Of a stretch of DNA of 64,000 bases, positions 1-10,983 are shown piece after piece. Source of the stretch: Alphaproteobacteria bacterium (GTDB lineage: Bacteria > Pseudomonadota > Alphaproteobacteria > CALKHQ01). Location: positions 416,001 to 480,000 of the forward strand of contig CBDDFZ010000002.1 of NCBI GenBank assembly GCA_965227515.1. Reading direction: 5' to 3'. The first letter of the stretch is position 1. The number at the start of each line of letters is the position of its first letter. Below the pieces are notes generated by a model. That model was not told the origin of the DNA. It ran no database searches and saw only the letters and a list, made by a program, of their open reading frames with translations. A program made the translations under genes and the position numbers.

Positions 1-1131
1 TTCGACCACATCCGCCTTGAGGTGAGCCACGCGGCTGCGGTCGCCGATGTCCTCCAGCCCCGCAGCCACCACGATATCGGTGGTGGTCAGTATGTCGCCG
101 CCGAACACCAGCGCCTTTTCGGTCAGCTCGTAGCCCACCGAATCCGGGCCGATGCGGGCCCCGTCGTCGCGCACCAGGCTGCCGCCGCCGAGCCCTATCG
201 CCAGCACGTCGGGCATGCGGAAATTGGTCCGCACCCCGCCGATGTCGACCGCGACCGCGCTTTCGCGCGGGAAGCCGTGCAGCAGCATGCCGACGTCGGA
301 CGTCGTGCCGCCGATATCGACCACCATTGCCTCCTTCGCCTTGGCCAGGAAGGCGGCACCGCGCATGGAATTGGTCGGCCCGGACGCGAAGGTCAGCACC
401 GGGTAGCGCGCCACGTGGTCGGCGGTCATCAGGGTGCCGTCGTTCTGGCTGATGTAGAAGGGTGCCGTGATCTTCAACTGGTCGAGGGCGGAGCGGAAGC
501 TGTCGACCACCCGGCTCGCCAGGTCGGCCAGGCAGGCGTTCATGATGGTGGCGTTCTCGCGCTCCAGGAAGCCGACGCGGCCGATCTCGTGGCTGACCGA
601 AATGGCGATGTCCGGCAGCTCCTGCTGCAGGATCTCGGCCGCCCGTTGCTCCATCTCGTTCTTCACCGGCGAGAACACGGAGGTGACGGCGGCGGCGCGC
701 AGCCCCTTCGCCTTGATATCCTTTGCCGCGTCCTTCAGCGCCTGCTCGTCGAGCGGCGCGATCTCGCGGCCGTCGAACTCGTTGCCGCCGTGGATCAGAT
801 AGCGATGGCGGCCCAGCGTGTCGGCGAGGTCGGCCGGCCAGTCGACCATCGGCGGCAGGCCCTTGGTCGCCGGCAGGCCGAGCCGCACCGCCGCCACCTC
901 CAGCAGGCGCCGCCGCTCCACCACCGCGTTGGTGAAATGGGTGGTGCCGATCATCACCGCCTGGATGTCGGCCGGCGCGACGCTGCTTTCGTCAAGGACG
1001 GTCTTCAGGGCCGCCATGATGCCGCCCGACACGTCCGCCGTCGTCGGTGTCTTGTGAGCCGCGACGACCGTCAGCCCATCCATCAGCACGGCGTCGGTGT
1101 TGGTGCCGCCGACGTCAATTCCCACGCGCAT
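1..1131 (-). CDS. Hydantoinase/oxoprolinase family protein (3' end outside window)
   Basis: Not in ORF track because it runs off the window. Minus strand from ATG at 1131 reads MRVGIDVGGTNTDAVLM..., with FASGPTNSMRG and VDIGGTTSD motifs; close paralog of 13642..15189. Confidence 0.9.
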   Translation of the reverse strand, partial: MRVGIDVGGTNTDAVLMDGLTVVAAHKTPTTADVSGGIMAALKTVLDESSVAPADIQAVMIGTTHFTNAVVERRRLLEVAAVRLGLPATKGLPPMVDWPADLADTLGRHRYLIHGGNEFDGREIAPLDEQALKDAAKDIKAKGLRAAAVTSVFSPVKNEMEQRAAEILQQELPDIAISVSHEIGRVGFLERENATIMNACLADLASRVVDSFRSALDQLKITAPFYISQNDGTLMTADHVARYPVLTFASGPTNSMRGAAFLAKAKEAMVVDIGGTTSDVGMLLHGFPRESAVAVDIGGVRTNFRMPDVLAIGLGGGSLVRDDGARIGPDSVGYELTEKALVFGGDILTTTDIVVAAGLEDIGDRSRVAHLKADVVE

Positions 1132-1162
1132 GTTCGTTCCGCTTGTTTGGTGTGAAGAAGGC

Positions 1163-1248
1163 GTAGCCCGGGTGAAACGTAGTGGAACCCGGGGATGACA
1201 AGATTGCGATGGTCGATCCCGGGTTCCGCTGTGCTCCACCCGGGCTAC
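1163..1248. repeat. GTAG-type REP/REPIN-like inverted repeat
   Basis: GTAGCCCGGGTG...GGAACCCGGG / CCCGGGTTCC...CACCCGGGCTAC arms; related copies at 23850..23905 and 47985..48037. Confidence 0.8.
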
Positions 1249-1263
1249 AATTCCGTGACGGCA

Positions 1264-2337
1264 TCACTCGACCAGCAGGGCAGTGCCGTCGGCCGGCCAG
1301 GCGACCGCGACCTCGGTGCCGTCGGCCAGCACCGCGCGGTCGGAGCGGTTGGGCGTCTCGGCGACCAGGGTCTGGCCGTCGATATCGAACCGGTAGCGGA
1401 TGACCGCCCCCTGATAGGTGTGGTCCATCACCCGCGCGGTGATGCGGTTGGCGCCAGTAGCCGCATCCGCCTCGACGCCGACGAGCACGCGCTCGGGGCG
1501 GATCACCAGCGCCACCGCCGCGCCGGGGCCGAGGCCGTCCTGGTGCATGGCGCCGATGGTGTGGCCGCCGATGGCGAGCTGGCAGTCGGCGCCGTCGACG
1601 GCCTGGACGGTGGCGTTCAGGATGTTGGACTCACCGATGAACTCGGTGACGAACCGGCTGGCCGGGTGCTCGTAGATCTCCTGCGGCGAGCCGATCTGCG
1701 CCACCGCGCCCTTGTTCATCACCGCGATCCGGTCGGACATGGTCAGCGCCTCGCCCTGGTCGTGGGTGACGTAAAGGGTGGTGATCTTCAGTTCGCGCTG
1801 CAGGTTCTTGATCCAGTACTTCATCTCCTCGCGCAGCTTCTTGTCGAGCGCGCTCAGGGGCTCGTCGAGCAACAGGATCTTCGGCTCGGTGATCAGCACG
1901 CGCGCCAACGCCACGCGCTGCTGCTCGCCGCCGGAAAGCTCGCGCTGGTAGCGGCGCTCGTAGCCGGCCAGGCCGACCTGTTCCAGCGCCGCCGCAACCC
2001 GCCTGGCGATCTCCGGCGCAGGCGCGCGGCGCAGCTTCAGCCCGAAGGCGATGTTGTCGAACACGTTCATGTGCGGGAAGATCGCGTAGTTCTGGAACAC
2101 GATCCCGATGCCGCGCTTTTCCGGCGGCATGAACGTCAGGTCGGTGCCGCCGATTAGGATCGCGCCCGTCGTCGGCTGCACGAAGCCCGCGATCATGCGC
2201 AAGGTGGTGGTCTTGCCGCAGCCGGACGGGCCGAGCAGCGAGAAGAACTCGCCCTCCTCAACGCGCAGGCTGGTCGGCGTCAGGGCGACATTGTCGCCGT
2301 AGGTCTTCGACAGCTCGACGATTTCGACGTCAGACAA
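1264..2337 (-). CDS. ABC transporter ATP-binding protein (PotA/spermidine-putrescine-like)
   Basis: Walker A GPSGCGKTT, LSGGEQQR signature, LLLDEP, C-terminal TOBE-like region. Confidence 0.92.
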   Translation of the reverse strand: MSDVEIVELSKTYGDNVALTPTSLRVEEGEFFSLLGPSGCGKTTTLRMIAGFVQPTTGAILIGGTDLTFMPPEKRGIGIVFQNYAIFPHMNVFDNIAFGLKLRRAPAPEIARRVAAALEQVGLAGYERRYQRELSGGEQQRVALARVLITEPKILLLDEPLSALDKKLREEMKYWIKNLQRELKITTLYVTHDQGEALTMSDRIAVMNKGAVAQIGSPQEIYEHPASRFVTEFIGESNILNATVQAVDGADCQLAIGGHTIGAMHQDGLGPGAAVALVIRPERVLVGVEADAATGANRITARVMDHTYQGAVIRYRFDIDGQTLVAETPNRSDRAVLADGTEVAVAWPADGTALLVE

Positions 2338-2399
2338 GTTTCATGCCTCGACTACCCATATTGCGGCCCTCTCGCGCGGCCGTTCATCGTAACCACCAC

Positions 2400-2490
2400 C
2401 GTCATGCCCGCACTTGTTGCGGGCATCCACGTCTTGTTGGCGGCCTAAGCCGCCATCTCGTGGATGGTCGGGACAAGCCCGACCATGACG
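2400..2490. repeat. CGTC-type REP palindrome pair
   Basis: CGTCATGCCCGCACTTGTTGCGGGCATCCACG ... CGTGGATGGTCGGGACAAGCCCGACCATGACG; related to 18767..18876 and about 24105..24163. Confidence 0.8.
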
Positions 2491-2524
2491 ATTGTGATGG
2501 TGGCAACACTTCGCGTCGTTACGA

Positions 2525-3670
2525 TCACCCGGCGAAGATGTCGTTCACCGTCTCGACGATCTCGTCCTCGTTTTCCAGCCACCAGTTCCAGTCCGGGATC
2601 CACAGGCCCTCGACCGCGTCGGCGGTGTTCTCCACGCCGTGCGGCACCAGGTTCTCGTGCACCGCGGCCTCGCTGTGGGTCGGGCGCAGGTAGAACACGC
2701 CGTCGAACTTGGTGATGAACTCCGGATCCAGGCGCCGGTTCAACAACGCCATCGCCAGCCGCTTCTGCATCGGGTCGGAATACCGGCTCAGCGTCTGGGT
2801 CTGGGTCAGGATCGGCTTGTACTGCGACCACATATACGGTGCCACCGGCACGCCGGCCTCCTGCTGCATGTAGACCTCACCGTCCACGTGCACGCCGATG
2901 GTGGCCTCGCCACGCTCGATCAGGGTCGACATATTGCCGGTGAAGTCGGAGATCTTCATCGGCATCGCGCGTTCCATCGCGTCCAGGCCGGCCGCCATGT
3001 CCTGCTGGCTCTCGCCGAAGACGGCGTTGGCGGTCATGAAGAAGGCCATGAACAGCGTGTTGGAGGTGATGTAGGTGGCGCGCTTGTCGGCGTACTGGTC
3101 CTGCCAGAAATCCTCGAACGAGGTCGGCGCCGGGTCGGCCAGGTCGGTGCGGTAGGAATAGCAATAGCGGCCGAACGCCCAGGTGATGCCGACGCCGTTG
3201 TCCAGCGCGAACGGCCACACGCCGCCGGCGTTGGGCACGTTGGCGATCACCTCTTCCTGCGACAGGAAATAGTCGCCCGCGCCCGCGGTCTTGTACATCT
3301 CCGGCAGGTTCCAGTTGGTCGACGCATAGGGCGGGTCTTCCGGCCCGCCGGCGACGAATTTCGGGAACCACGGCCACGTGCTGTCGTATTCGACCGTGCA
3401 GTTGAAGTCGCGCTCGAAGTCGTTGATCAGCAGCTCGCGGATGTTCTCTTCCCAGAAGCCGCCCCACTCGGCGATCGGCAGGGTCGCGCCCTCGGCGTCG
3501 AACACCTCGCCGTCGTAGTGGACGTCCTGGCTCCAGGCGTGGTTGATGTTGAACAGATGCACGCCGGCCGCCGCGGCGCCCGCACCCGCCAGCACATTAC
3601 GACGGCTGACGCCCTTGGTCGTTCCAGGCAGGATCAACCCGCTGTCTCCGATACCTTTCTTTTTGGCCAT
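2525..3670 (-). CDS. ABC transporter substrate-binding protein (PotD/PotF-like), Tat-exported
   Basis: Start trimmed to ATG of MAKKKG; twin-arginine SRRNVL signal; WGG motif; PTSFEDFW; lies in operon with permeases and ATPase. Confidence 0.85.
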   Translation of the reverse strand: MAKKKGIGDSGLILPGTTKGVSRRNVLAGAGAAAAGVHLFNINHAWSQDVHYDGEVFDAEGATLPIAEWGGFWEENIRELLINDFERDFNCTVEYDSTWPWFPKFVAGGPEDPPYASTNWNLPEMYKTAGAGDYFLSQEEVIANVPNAGGVWPFALDNGVGITWAFGRYCYSYRTDLADPAPTSFEDFWQDQYADKRATYITSNTLFMAFFMTANAVFGESQQDMAAGLDAMERAMPMKISDFTGNMSTLIERGEATIGVHVDGEVYMQQEAGVPVAPYMWSQYKPILTQTQTLSRYSDPMQKRLAMALLNRRLDPEFITKFDGVFYLRPTHSEAAVHENLVPHGVENTADAVEGLWIPDWNWWLENEDEIVETVNDIFAG

Positions 3671-3742
3671 GTGTCGAACTCCCTCTGGGTTGCGGTTGGC
3701 GCACGGACCGGCCGCGACGTGCGGCGGCCCCAAATCGGGTCG

Positions 3743-4597
3743 TCAGCTGAACTTGATTCCCCCGAATTTCCGAATGTTGACGAGCTTGGCGGTGATCAGC
3801 ATCGAGATCACCACCAGCGCGATGGCGAAGATGCCGGCGGCGGCGGCCGTCGGCTCGAACTTGTAGCGAAGCGACACATACAGCGCGATCGGCAGCGGCT
3901 CCAGGTTCGGCGTGCTGAGGAACAGCGACACCTCGAACTGGCCGAACGACACGATGAACGCGAAGATCGACCCGGCCATGATGCCGGCCGAAATGTTGGG
4001 CAGCGTGACCTTGCGGAACGCGGTCCAGGGGCCGGCGCCCAGGCTGCGCGCAGCCTCCTCCAGCGAGGTGTCGAAGGTGACGAGTGCCGCCGACACGGTG
4101 CCGATGACGTAGGGGGTGGTCACCAGCACGTGGCCGATCACCAGCCCCGGTAGCGTGCGCGCCAGCCCGATGCCGGAGGAGACATAGAACACGTAGAGCG
4201 CCAGCCCCAGCACCACGCCGGGCAGGATCAGCGGCGACAGGAAATAGGCGCGCAACAGGTCGCGGCCGCGGAAGCGCGCGCGGGCCAGCACGATGGCGGC
4301 CATGGTGCCGAGGACGGTGGAGATCACCATGGTGATCAGCGCCAGCAGCAGGCTGAAAAGATAGGCGCCCATCCAGGTGTCGGAGGACAGGAACTCCTCC
4401 ACCCAGCGCAGCGACAGCCCGTCGGGCGGGAAGCTGAGATACTCGCCGGAGTTCAGCCCGGCCAGCACCACGATCACCACCGGCAGCAGCAGCACGATCA
4501 GCGCGATGACGGCGCCAATCTTCAGCGCCAGCGGCACCTGCGCTTCCGACCACTTGCGCGCGCCATTGCGCTGCAGGGTAGATGCCAGGTTAGCCAT
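3743..4597 (-). CDS. ABC permease (PotC-like)
   Basis: Multiple TM segments, EEAARSLGA EAA loop. Confidence 0.92.
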   Translation of the reverse strand: MANLASTLQRNGARKWSEAQVPLALKIGAVIALIVLLLPVVIVVLAGLNSGEYLSFPPDGLSLRWVEEFLSSDTWMGAYLFSLLLALITMVISTVLGTMAAIVLARARFRGRDLLRAYFLSPLILPGVVLGLALYVFYVSSGIGLARTLPGLVIGHVLVTTPYVIGTVSAALVTFDTSLEEAARSLGAGPWTAFRKVTLPNISAGIMAGSIFAFIVSFGQFEVSLFLSTPNLEPLPIALYVSLRYKFEPTAAAAGIFAIALVVISMLITAKLVNIRKFGGIKFS

Positions 4598-5512
4598 CTA
4601 CGTGCGCCCCCCTGCGGTGCTGGCGGCATAGCGCTGGTAGATCACCACCGCGACCACGCTGGTGGCGAACAGCACCACCGCGATGGCGGCGCCGAACTGC
4701 CATTTCCCCAGCTCGGCGATCTGCTGGTAGATGTGGATCGGCATCAGCACCACCTTCCAGCCGCCCATCAGCGCCGGCACCACGTATGAGCTGATGGAGA
4801 TCGCGAACACCAGCAGCGATCCGGCCAGGATGCCCGGCATCGACAGCGGAAAGACGATGCGCCAGAACGCGGTCCAGCGGTTGGCGCCCAGGCTGCGCGC
4901 CGCTTCCTCCAGCGACGGGTTGATCGAGCGGATGACGCCGATTAGCGACAGCACCATGAACGGCAGGGTGAACTGCACCAGGCCGACCACCACGCCGAAG
5001 AAGTTGTACATCAGCGGCATCGGCTCCTCGATCAGGCCGATGTCCTGGAGGGCGACGTTGATGATGCCGTTGTCGCCCATCAGCACCATCAGGCCGTAGA
5101 GCCGGATCACCATGTCGAGCTGCATCGCGCACAGCACCAGGATCATCAGGAAGGTGTTGCGCCCCGGGTGCTCGGTCTTGGCGATCAGGAACGCCAGCGG
5201 ATAGCCGAGGATGAGGGTGACGATGGCGACCAGGCTGGCCATGCCGATGGAGCGCACCGCCGCCCAGTAGTAGGTGCCGCGCGAGAAGAAGCGGGCGAAA
5301 TTGTCGAGCGAGAAATCGCCCTGCGGCGCCACCACGCCGGTGGCGGGCTTGTCGATCGAGATCAGGAACAGCGACAGCACCGGCAGGATGAAGAAGATCA
5401 GGAAGAACACGAACGCCGGCAGCACCAGCCAGAACGACCTGTTGCCGCCCATGAAGGTGCGCATGCCGCGCCCGAAGCCGCCCAGCGCCACCCTGTCGGT
5501 CGCCGCGGTCAC
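4598..5512 (-). CDS. ABC permease (PotB-like)
   Basis: TM segments, LEEAARSLGA EAA loop. Confidence 0.92.
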   Translation of the reverse strand: MTAATDRVALGGFGRGMRTFMGGNRSFWLVLPAFVFFLIFFILPVLSLFLISIDKPATGVVAPQGDFSLDNFARFFSRGTYYWAAVRSIGMASLVAIVTLILGYPLAFLIAKTEHPGRNTFLMILVLCAMQLDMVIRLYGLMVLMGDNGIINVALQDIGLIEEPMPLMYNFFGVVVGLVQFTLPFMVLSLIGVIRSINPSLEEAARSLGANRWTAFWRIVFPLSMPGILAGSLLVFAISISSYVVPALMGGWKVVLMPIHIYQQIAELGKWQFGAAIAVVLFATSVVAVVIYQRYAASTAGGRT

Positions 5513-5557
5513 CGGTTGTTGGCTCCTGGCGCTGCGATTGGGGCCGTGCCCAGCAAG

Positions 5558-6322
5558 CTATTCGGCCGCCTGGCGCGCTGGCGTCAGCGCGGGCATGTCA
5601 TAGCCGACCACCGGCTTCGGCGGCGGCGGCTGGAACGCGATGCGGCTGTGGCTGAGCCCGGTGTCGATCAACGCGCCCGCCATGCGCACGGCCGCCGGCA
5701 CCGGATCGATCACCGGAATGTCGTAGCCCCTGGCGAGCAGTCCGTCGCGGACCGCCTCGGCACAGCCCAGCATGCCGGTGCAGCCGAAGATGATGGCGTC
5801 GGCGCCGTCTTCCTCCACCGCCAGCAGGGCCTGCTCGGTCAGCGTGCGCTGGGTGCCCGCGATGTCGTTCTCCAGCGCCAGCACCGGGATGTCGACGGCG
5901 CGGGTCGACGCGTACTTGTCGGCGCAGCCATAGACCTTGGCCTGGTTCTCGATCATCACGTTGATGCGCCGGAGCACGGTGACGACGCTGAACTTGTGGC
6001 CCAGCATCGCGGCCAGGTGCATGGCGGTCTCGCACGGCCCCAGCACCGGGATCGACACGCACTCGCGCCCGGGCTTCAGGCCGGGGTCGCCCATGCAGTC
6101 GATGATCACCGCCTGGGCGCCGTCGCGCTCGGCCTCGATGATCTTGGCCACGGTGTCGGGCACCGCCAGCATCTCGTCGTATTCGCATTCGATGGAGGCG
6201 GGCCCGCGGTCGATCTCGACGTGGCTGATGGTCGTGTCCGGGCCGACCAGACCGTCGAAATCGCTCGCCTTGCGGAACCCATGGGTGGTGATCGGCGTGA
6301 CGACGCGAATGTGCTTGCTCAT
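5558..6322 (-). CDS. Asp/Glu/hydantoin (allantoin-type) racemase
   Basis: Start at MSKHIRVV; two catalytic Cys motifs IIDCMGDPG and IFGCTGM; VIDPV. Confidence 0.88.
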   Translation of the reverse strand: MSKHIRVVTPITTHGFRKASDFDGLVGPDTTISHVEIDRGPASIECEYDEMLAVPDTVAKIIEAERDGAQAVIIDCMGDPGLKPGRECVSIPVLGPCETAMHLAAMLGHKFSVVTVLRRINVMIENQAKVYGCADKYASTRAVDIPVLALENDIAGTQRTLTEQALLAVEEDGADAIIFGCTGMLGCAEAVRDGLLARGYDIPVIDPVPAAVRMAGALIDTGLSHSRIAFQPPPPKPVVGYDMPALTPARQAAE

Positions 6323-6447
6323 GGCGTGCTCCCCGAAATCGCTGCCTGGCCAGACAGGTCGCCCAAACATGCGGCGCAAACCCGGCTGGGCGTCTAGCGC
6401 CCGGTCGGTCCACCCCCTGACCCGCACGCATGCAAGTTCAAGTGCAC

Positions 6448-6462
6448 GCAATTGCCATGCCA
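6448..6462 (-). promoter_or_regulatory. Putative sigma-54 (-24/-12) promoter
   Basis: Minus strand TGGCATGGCAATTGC matches TGGCACG-N4-TTGC with exact GG/GC spacing, about 125 bp upstream of the racemase-ABC-hydantoinase operon. Confidence 0.6.
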
Positions 6463-6582
6463 GCAGGTCTGCACCGCCCGCGGCTCAATCGAACGTTAGC
6501 ACCCCGCCGCACCCGCAGCAATTGCTGTGGCGCAACAAGTTTTCCTGCGTGGAAAGAGCGGGGCGGGCGCGACCGCGGCCGA

Positions 6583-7346
<764 letters not shown>

Positions 7347-7350
<4 letters not shown>

Positions 7351-8426
7351 GACTTCATCTTGTAGGCGCGTTGCCGGATGTAGATGTTCAGGATCACCGC
7401 CAGCACCGTCAGCACGCCGATCGCCAGCTTGAACCAGTTGGCGTCGATGCGCGACATGACCAGCCCGTTGTCGATCATGCGGATCAGGAATGCACCGACC
7501 ACCGCGCCGATGATCGAGCCGATACCGCCGGTCAGCGCGGCGCCGCCGATGACGGCGGCGGCGATGGCCTGCAGCTCCAGGCCCTCGCCCACCGAAGGCA
7601 CCGCGGAGCCGAGGCGGAAGGTCTGGATGATGCCTGCCAGCCCGGCCAGCAGCGAGCACATCATGAAGCACGTCATCTTCACCCGGCGGACGTTGATGCC
7701 CATGTCCTGGGCCGCCTGGCGCTGGCCGCCGGTGGCGTAGATCCAGTTGCCGAAATTGGTGCGGTGCAGATAGATGCCGAGCGCCACGGCGAGTGCCGCG
7801 AACCAGATGAACGACGCGCGGAACATGCCGGGCACCAGAACCTCCGCGTTGCGCGGGCTTGGCTCCATCCACAATGGCTCGACGAACAGCCAGGTCGGCA
7901 GCGTGTCAGGGAAGCTCGGCGGAAAGCCGCCGGACAGCACCACGGTCAGGCTGCGGGCGACGAACAGCATGCCGAGCGTGGTGACGAACGACGGAATGCC
8001 GAACGACAGTGTCACCCAGCCGTTGATGGCGCCGATGCCGAGCGCGACCAGCAAGGCGACGACGATGGCCACCCACGGGTTGCCCAGCGTGTAGGCAAGC
8101 CAGTGCGGCAGGTCGATCAAGCCGAACAGGAACGGCACTTCGCCGCCGGCGTCCGCTGCGCCGGCGAAACCGCAGAGCACGATGGTCAGCATCGGCACCA
8201 GCGCGAACACGGAGCCAACCGACAGGTCGAACTCGCCGGAGATCATCAGGATCGTCACGCCGATGGCGACCAGGCCCAATTCGGGCACGATGCTGAAGAT
8301 GCCGGTCAGGTTGGTCGTCGACAGGAACTCCTCGGCGTTCAGCCGGAACCCGACGACGACGATGATCAGCATTACCAGGGCACTGATCTCCGGCCGCGAC
8401 AGCAGGGCCTTCAATATCTTCTGCAT
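7347..8426 (-). CDS. Sugar-type ABC permease (RbsC-like)
   Basis: GEFDLSVGS, IPSFVTTLGM, ELQAIAAAVIGG motifs. Confidence 0.92.
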
Positions 8427-8478
8427 TTCAGTCCGTGTTCAAACGAGGTCGAAGTTGGATGGGGCCAGTGTAACGCGA

Positions 8479-8503
8479 CACCGGGCGCCGTTGGCGCCCG
8501 GTG
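8479..8503. terminator. GC-rich hairpin after SBP gene (mRNA stabiliser or partial terminator)
   Basis: CACCGGGCGCC-GTT-GGCGCCCGGTG perfect 11-bp stem between SBP and permease; no clear U-tract. Confidence 0.5.
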
Positions 8504-8530
8504 CCATTATCGCAAGGACGGCAAAGCTGC

Positions 8531-9514
8531 CTAGCGCAAGCCCTGCTCGGAGAGCGTGCGCAGCGCCGGCACGTCGCCCGGCACGATCAACGACTTGCCC
8601 GTGTTCACATCCCAGGCGCCAAGCTCATACTTGCTCATCAGGTAGAGCTGCATGATCGGCAGGAAGCCTTGCAGGAACGGCTGCTGGTCGACGGTGACCT
8701 GGATGTAGCCCGACTCCATCTCGTCGAACACCACCGGCAACAGGTCGAAGCCGCCCAGCAGGATCTCGCCCGGGCCATAGCCCAGGTCGCGCAGGCCGAC
8801 GGCCGCACCGGCGTGCCAGTAGCCGGCATCGAAATAGGCGGTCAGGTCCGGGTTGCCCTGCACATAGGCGCTGACACGCTGCTGGGTGAGCGCCAGGTCG
8901 AGGCCGGAATCGATCCGTTCCCAGGTCACTTCGCGGTCTGCGTTCGCCGCCGCGTAGTCCTCCATGAAGCGCGCCACGCCGGCCATCCGCTGTTCCGCCC
9001 AGCTCTGGCCGGGGCCGGAGACGCCGAGTAGCACGGAGATCGGACCGTCGGCGGGGAAGTGCTCGGACAGGCCCTTGGCGAGGTCGTAGCCGGCCTGCTC
9101 CAGGTCCTGGCCGACGAAGCTCAGGCGGCTGTTGCCGTCCTCGCCCATGGTGTCGTCGACGTTGGAACCGAGCACCGGGATGCCCAGGTCGTTGGCGCGC
9201 TGCACCGCCTCGTCGAAGATGTCGTCGTTGACCAGCGTGGTGATGATGCCGTCCGGCTCGTTGGCGATGGTCGCTTCCAGGTTGGCCAACTGCTCGTTCA
9301 GATTGCCGTCCTGGTTCAGGAAGATCATCTGACACTCGGCGTTGATCATCGCACACGCCTCGTCCATGCCGTTCTTGACGGCCTGCCAGAACACGTTACC
9401 GGTCGACGAGTGCATGATGTAGGTGAACTGCAACGGGTCGTCCTGGGCTTGGGCGCCGGTAGCACCCATGGCACTGACAATGGCGACGGTCGCCAACAGC
9501 TTGCTCTTGGACAT
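8531..9514 (-). CDS. Sugar-type ABC substrate-binding protein
   Basis: Signal peptide ending AQA; FWQAVKNG, VGQD, GGFD, DQQPFLQG motifs of periplasmic binding protein type 1. Confidence 0.9.
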   Translation of the reverse strand: MSKSKLLATVAIVSAMGATGAQAQDDPLQFTYIMHSSTGNVFWQAVKNGMDEACAMINAECQMIFLNQDGNLNEQLANLEATIANEPDGIITTLVNDDIFDEAVQRANDLGIPVLGSNVDDTMGEDGNSRLSFVGQDLEQAGYDLAKGLSEHFPADGPISVLLGVSGPGQSWAEQRMAGVARFMEDYAAANADREVTWERIDSGLDLALTQQRVSAYVQGNPDLTAYFDAGYWHAGAAVGLRDLGYGPGEILLGGFDLLPVVFDEMESGYIQVTVDQQPFLQGFLPIMQLYLMSKYELGAWDVNTGKSLIVPGDVPALRTLSEQGLR

Positions 9515-9641
9515 TTGACTTCCTCCCCTGTTTTGGAGCCGGTCGCGGGCACCGCCCGGTGCGATCGCGCCAACCGAACTGCCGCGACCCTAATCGCTAT
9601 GGCGGGCATTGGCAAAACCAAAGCCCGTGCGCAGCCACGCA

Positions 9642-10976
9642 CTAGCGTTTGTGGCCGATCGCCAACGCCACCAGCATCAACACGAGGGCCGGCACGGTCT
9701 TGACCATCGCCCCCAACGGGTCGAGCCACAGAGCGGGCAGCAGGACCAGCGATCCCAGCAGGTAGCCGGCCGACAGCAGGATGCCGGCCATCAGCCCGAG
9801 GCGGCTGGTGCGCTGCCACGCGATGGCAATGCCGATCGCCACGTCGGCCAGGCCGGTGACGACTGTCAGCACCGAGGCGGCGCCAGGGCCGATGCCGGCG
9901 GCTTGCAGCACTTGGGACGCTGCCTCGAACGACACCGTCAGCGCGATAAGACCGCTGACGATCCAGAACAACGACAGGACCACCAGGACCAGCGCCTTGA
10001 GGAGGTAGAGGCGGGCGAACCACTTCTCCTGCACGCCGAACGGCAGCCGCGCCAATGAGGTCGCCAGCGGCGTCGGCGCGATGCCGGTGGCGTCGATCCA
10101 GGGTTGGGGATCGCCGGCGACACCGCGCCGCATCTCGGCCAGCGCCGTGCTGCGGATCGGCGGCGACCAACCGAGGTGGCCCGCCACGTCGCCCGCCCGC
10201 GCGCCCAGCGCCATCAGCGGTCCGGGAAGACGGAAGAGGGGGCGCGGCCCGCCGATCCGCTGCCGCATCGCCGCCAGCACGTCGCCGACGGTGCCGGCCT
10301 CGCGCTCCATCACGTCCCAGGCCACGCGCCAATCGCGGCGGCCGTCCCGCCATGACTTGGCCAGGAAGGCGACCGTGCGCGCCAGGTCGTCGATATCGGT
10401 CGCGGCGAACGGCTGGCCGGCTTCGCGGCGCGGCAAGTCCACCGCCAGCGCCGCCAGCGCGCGCATCAGCGCGCTGCCGCCATAGGCCACCGGCGCTAAT
10501 ACGAACCCGGGCCGCAGGATCGCGTGCGCCACGGGACTTGCCGCGATCGCTGCCTCGGCCGAACGTTTGGTGCGGGCGAAATCGGTGCGGTCCTCGTCGG
10601 GATCGCCGGGGATGGAGACGTGCACCAGCAGGGCATCGCGCGCGCCCAGAGCCTGGACCAGGCGGGCGACGAACGCGTGATGCACGTCCTCCGCGCCGCC
10701 GCCTGGGCCGTCCTGCAACACGCCGAGGCAATTGACCACGATGTCGGCGCGATGGGTGTCGAGGAGCGCGCCCAGGTCGTCGGCGCCCAGGTCTTCGAAG
10801 CCGAGGTCGACGACCGGTGCCTCGACGGCCTCGAAAAGGCCGGCCCGTTGTGCGGCATCGAACCGGCGTGCAATCCCGACCACATCGAACGATTCTTGCG
10901 CCAGCAGGTTGGCCAGCGCGCCGCCGATCAGGCCCGACGCCCCCAGGATGACAATGCGTGGGTCCGCGCCTTCCAT
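9642..10976 (-). CDS. NAD-dependent epimerase/SDR fused to DoxX-like membrane domain
   Basis: GASGLIG Rossmann motif, VVNCLG, LRPG; C-terminal 4-TM segment ending LWLDPLGAMVK. Confidence 0.8.
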   Translation of the reverse strand: MEGADPRIVILGASGLIGGALANLLAQESFDVVGIARRFDAAQRAGLFEAVEAPVVDLGFEDLGADDLGALLDTHRADIVVNCLGVLQDGPGGGAEDVHHAFVARLVQALGARDALLVHVSIPGDPDEDRTDFARTKRSAEAAIAASPVAHAILRPGFVLAPVAYGGSALMRALAALAVDLPRREAGQPFAATDIDDLARTVAFLAKSWRDGRRDWRVAWDVMEREAGTVGDVLAAMRQRIGGPRPLFRLPGPLMALGARAGDVAGHLGWSPPIRSTALAEMRRGVAGDPQPWIDATGIAPTPLATSLARLPFGVQEKWFARLYLLKALVLVVLSLFWIVSGLIALTVSFEAASQVLQAAGIGPGAASVLTVVTGLADVAIGIAIAWQRTSRLGLMAGILLSAGYLLGSLVLLPALWLDPLGAMVKTVPALVLMLVALAIGHKR

Positions 10977-10983
10977 GCCGGTC

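Noticed and set aside
22-1155. 377-aa plus-strand ORF, and similar long ORFs such as 12760..15270, 30987..33032, 51017..52876
   Set aside because: Antisense shadows of real minus-strand genes, expected in high-GC DNA; no recognisable motifs.
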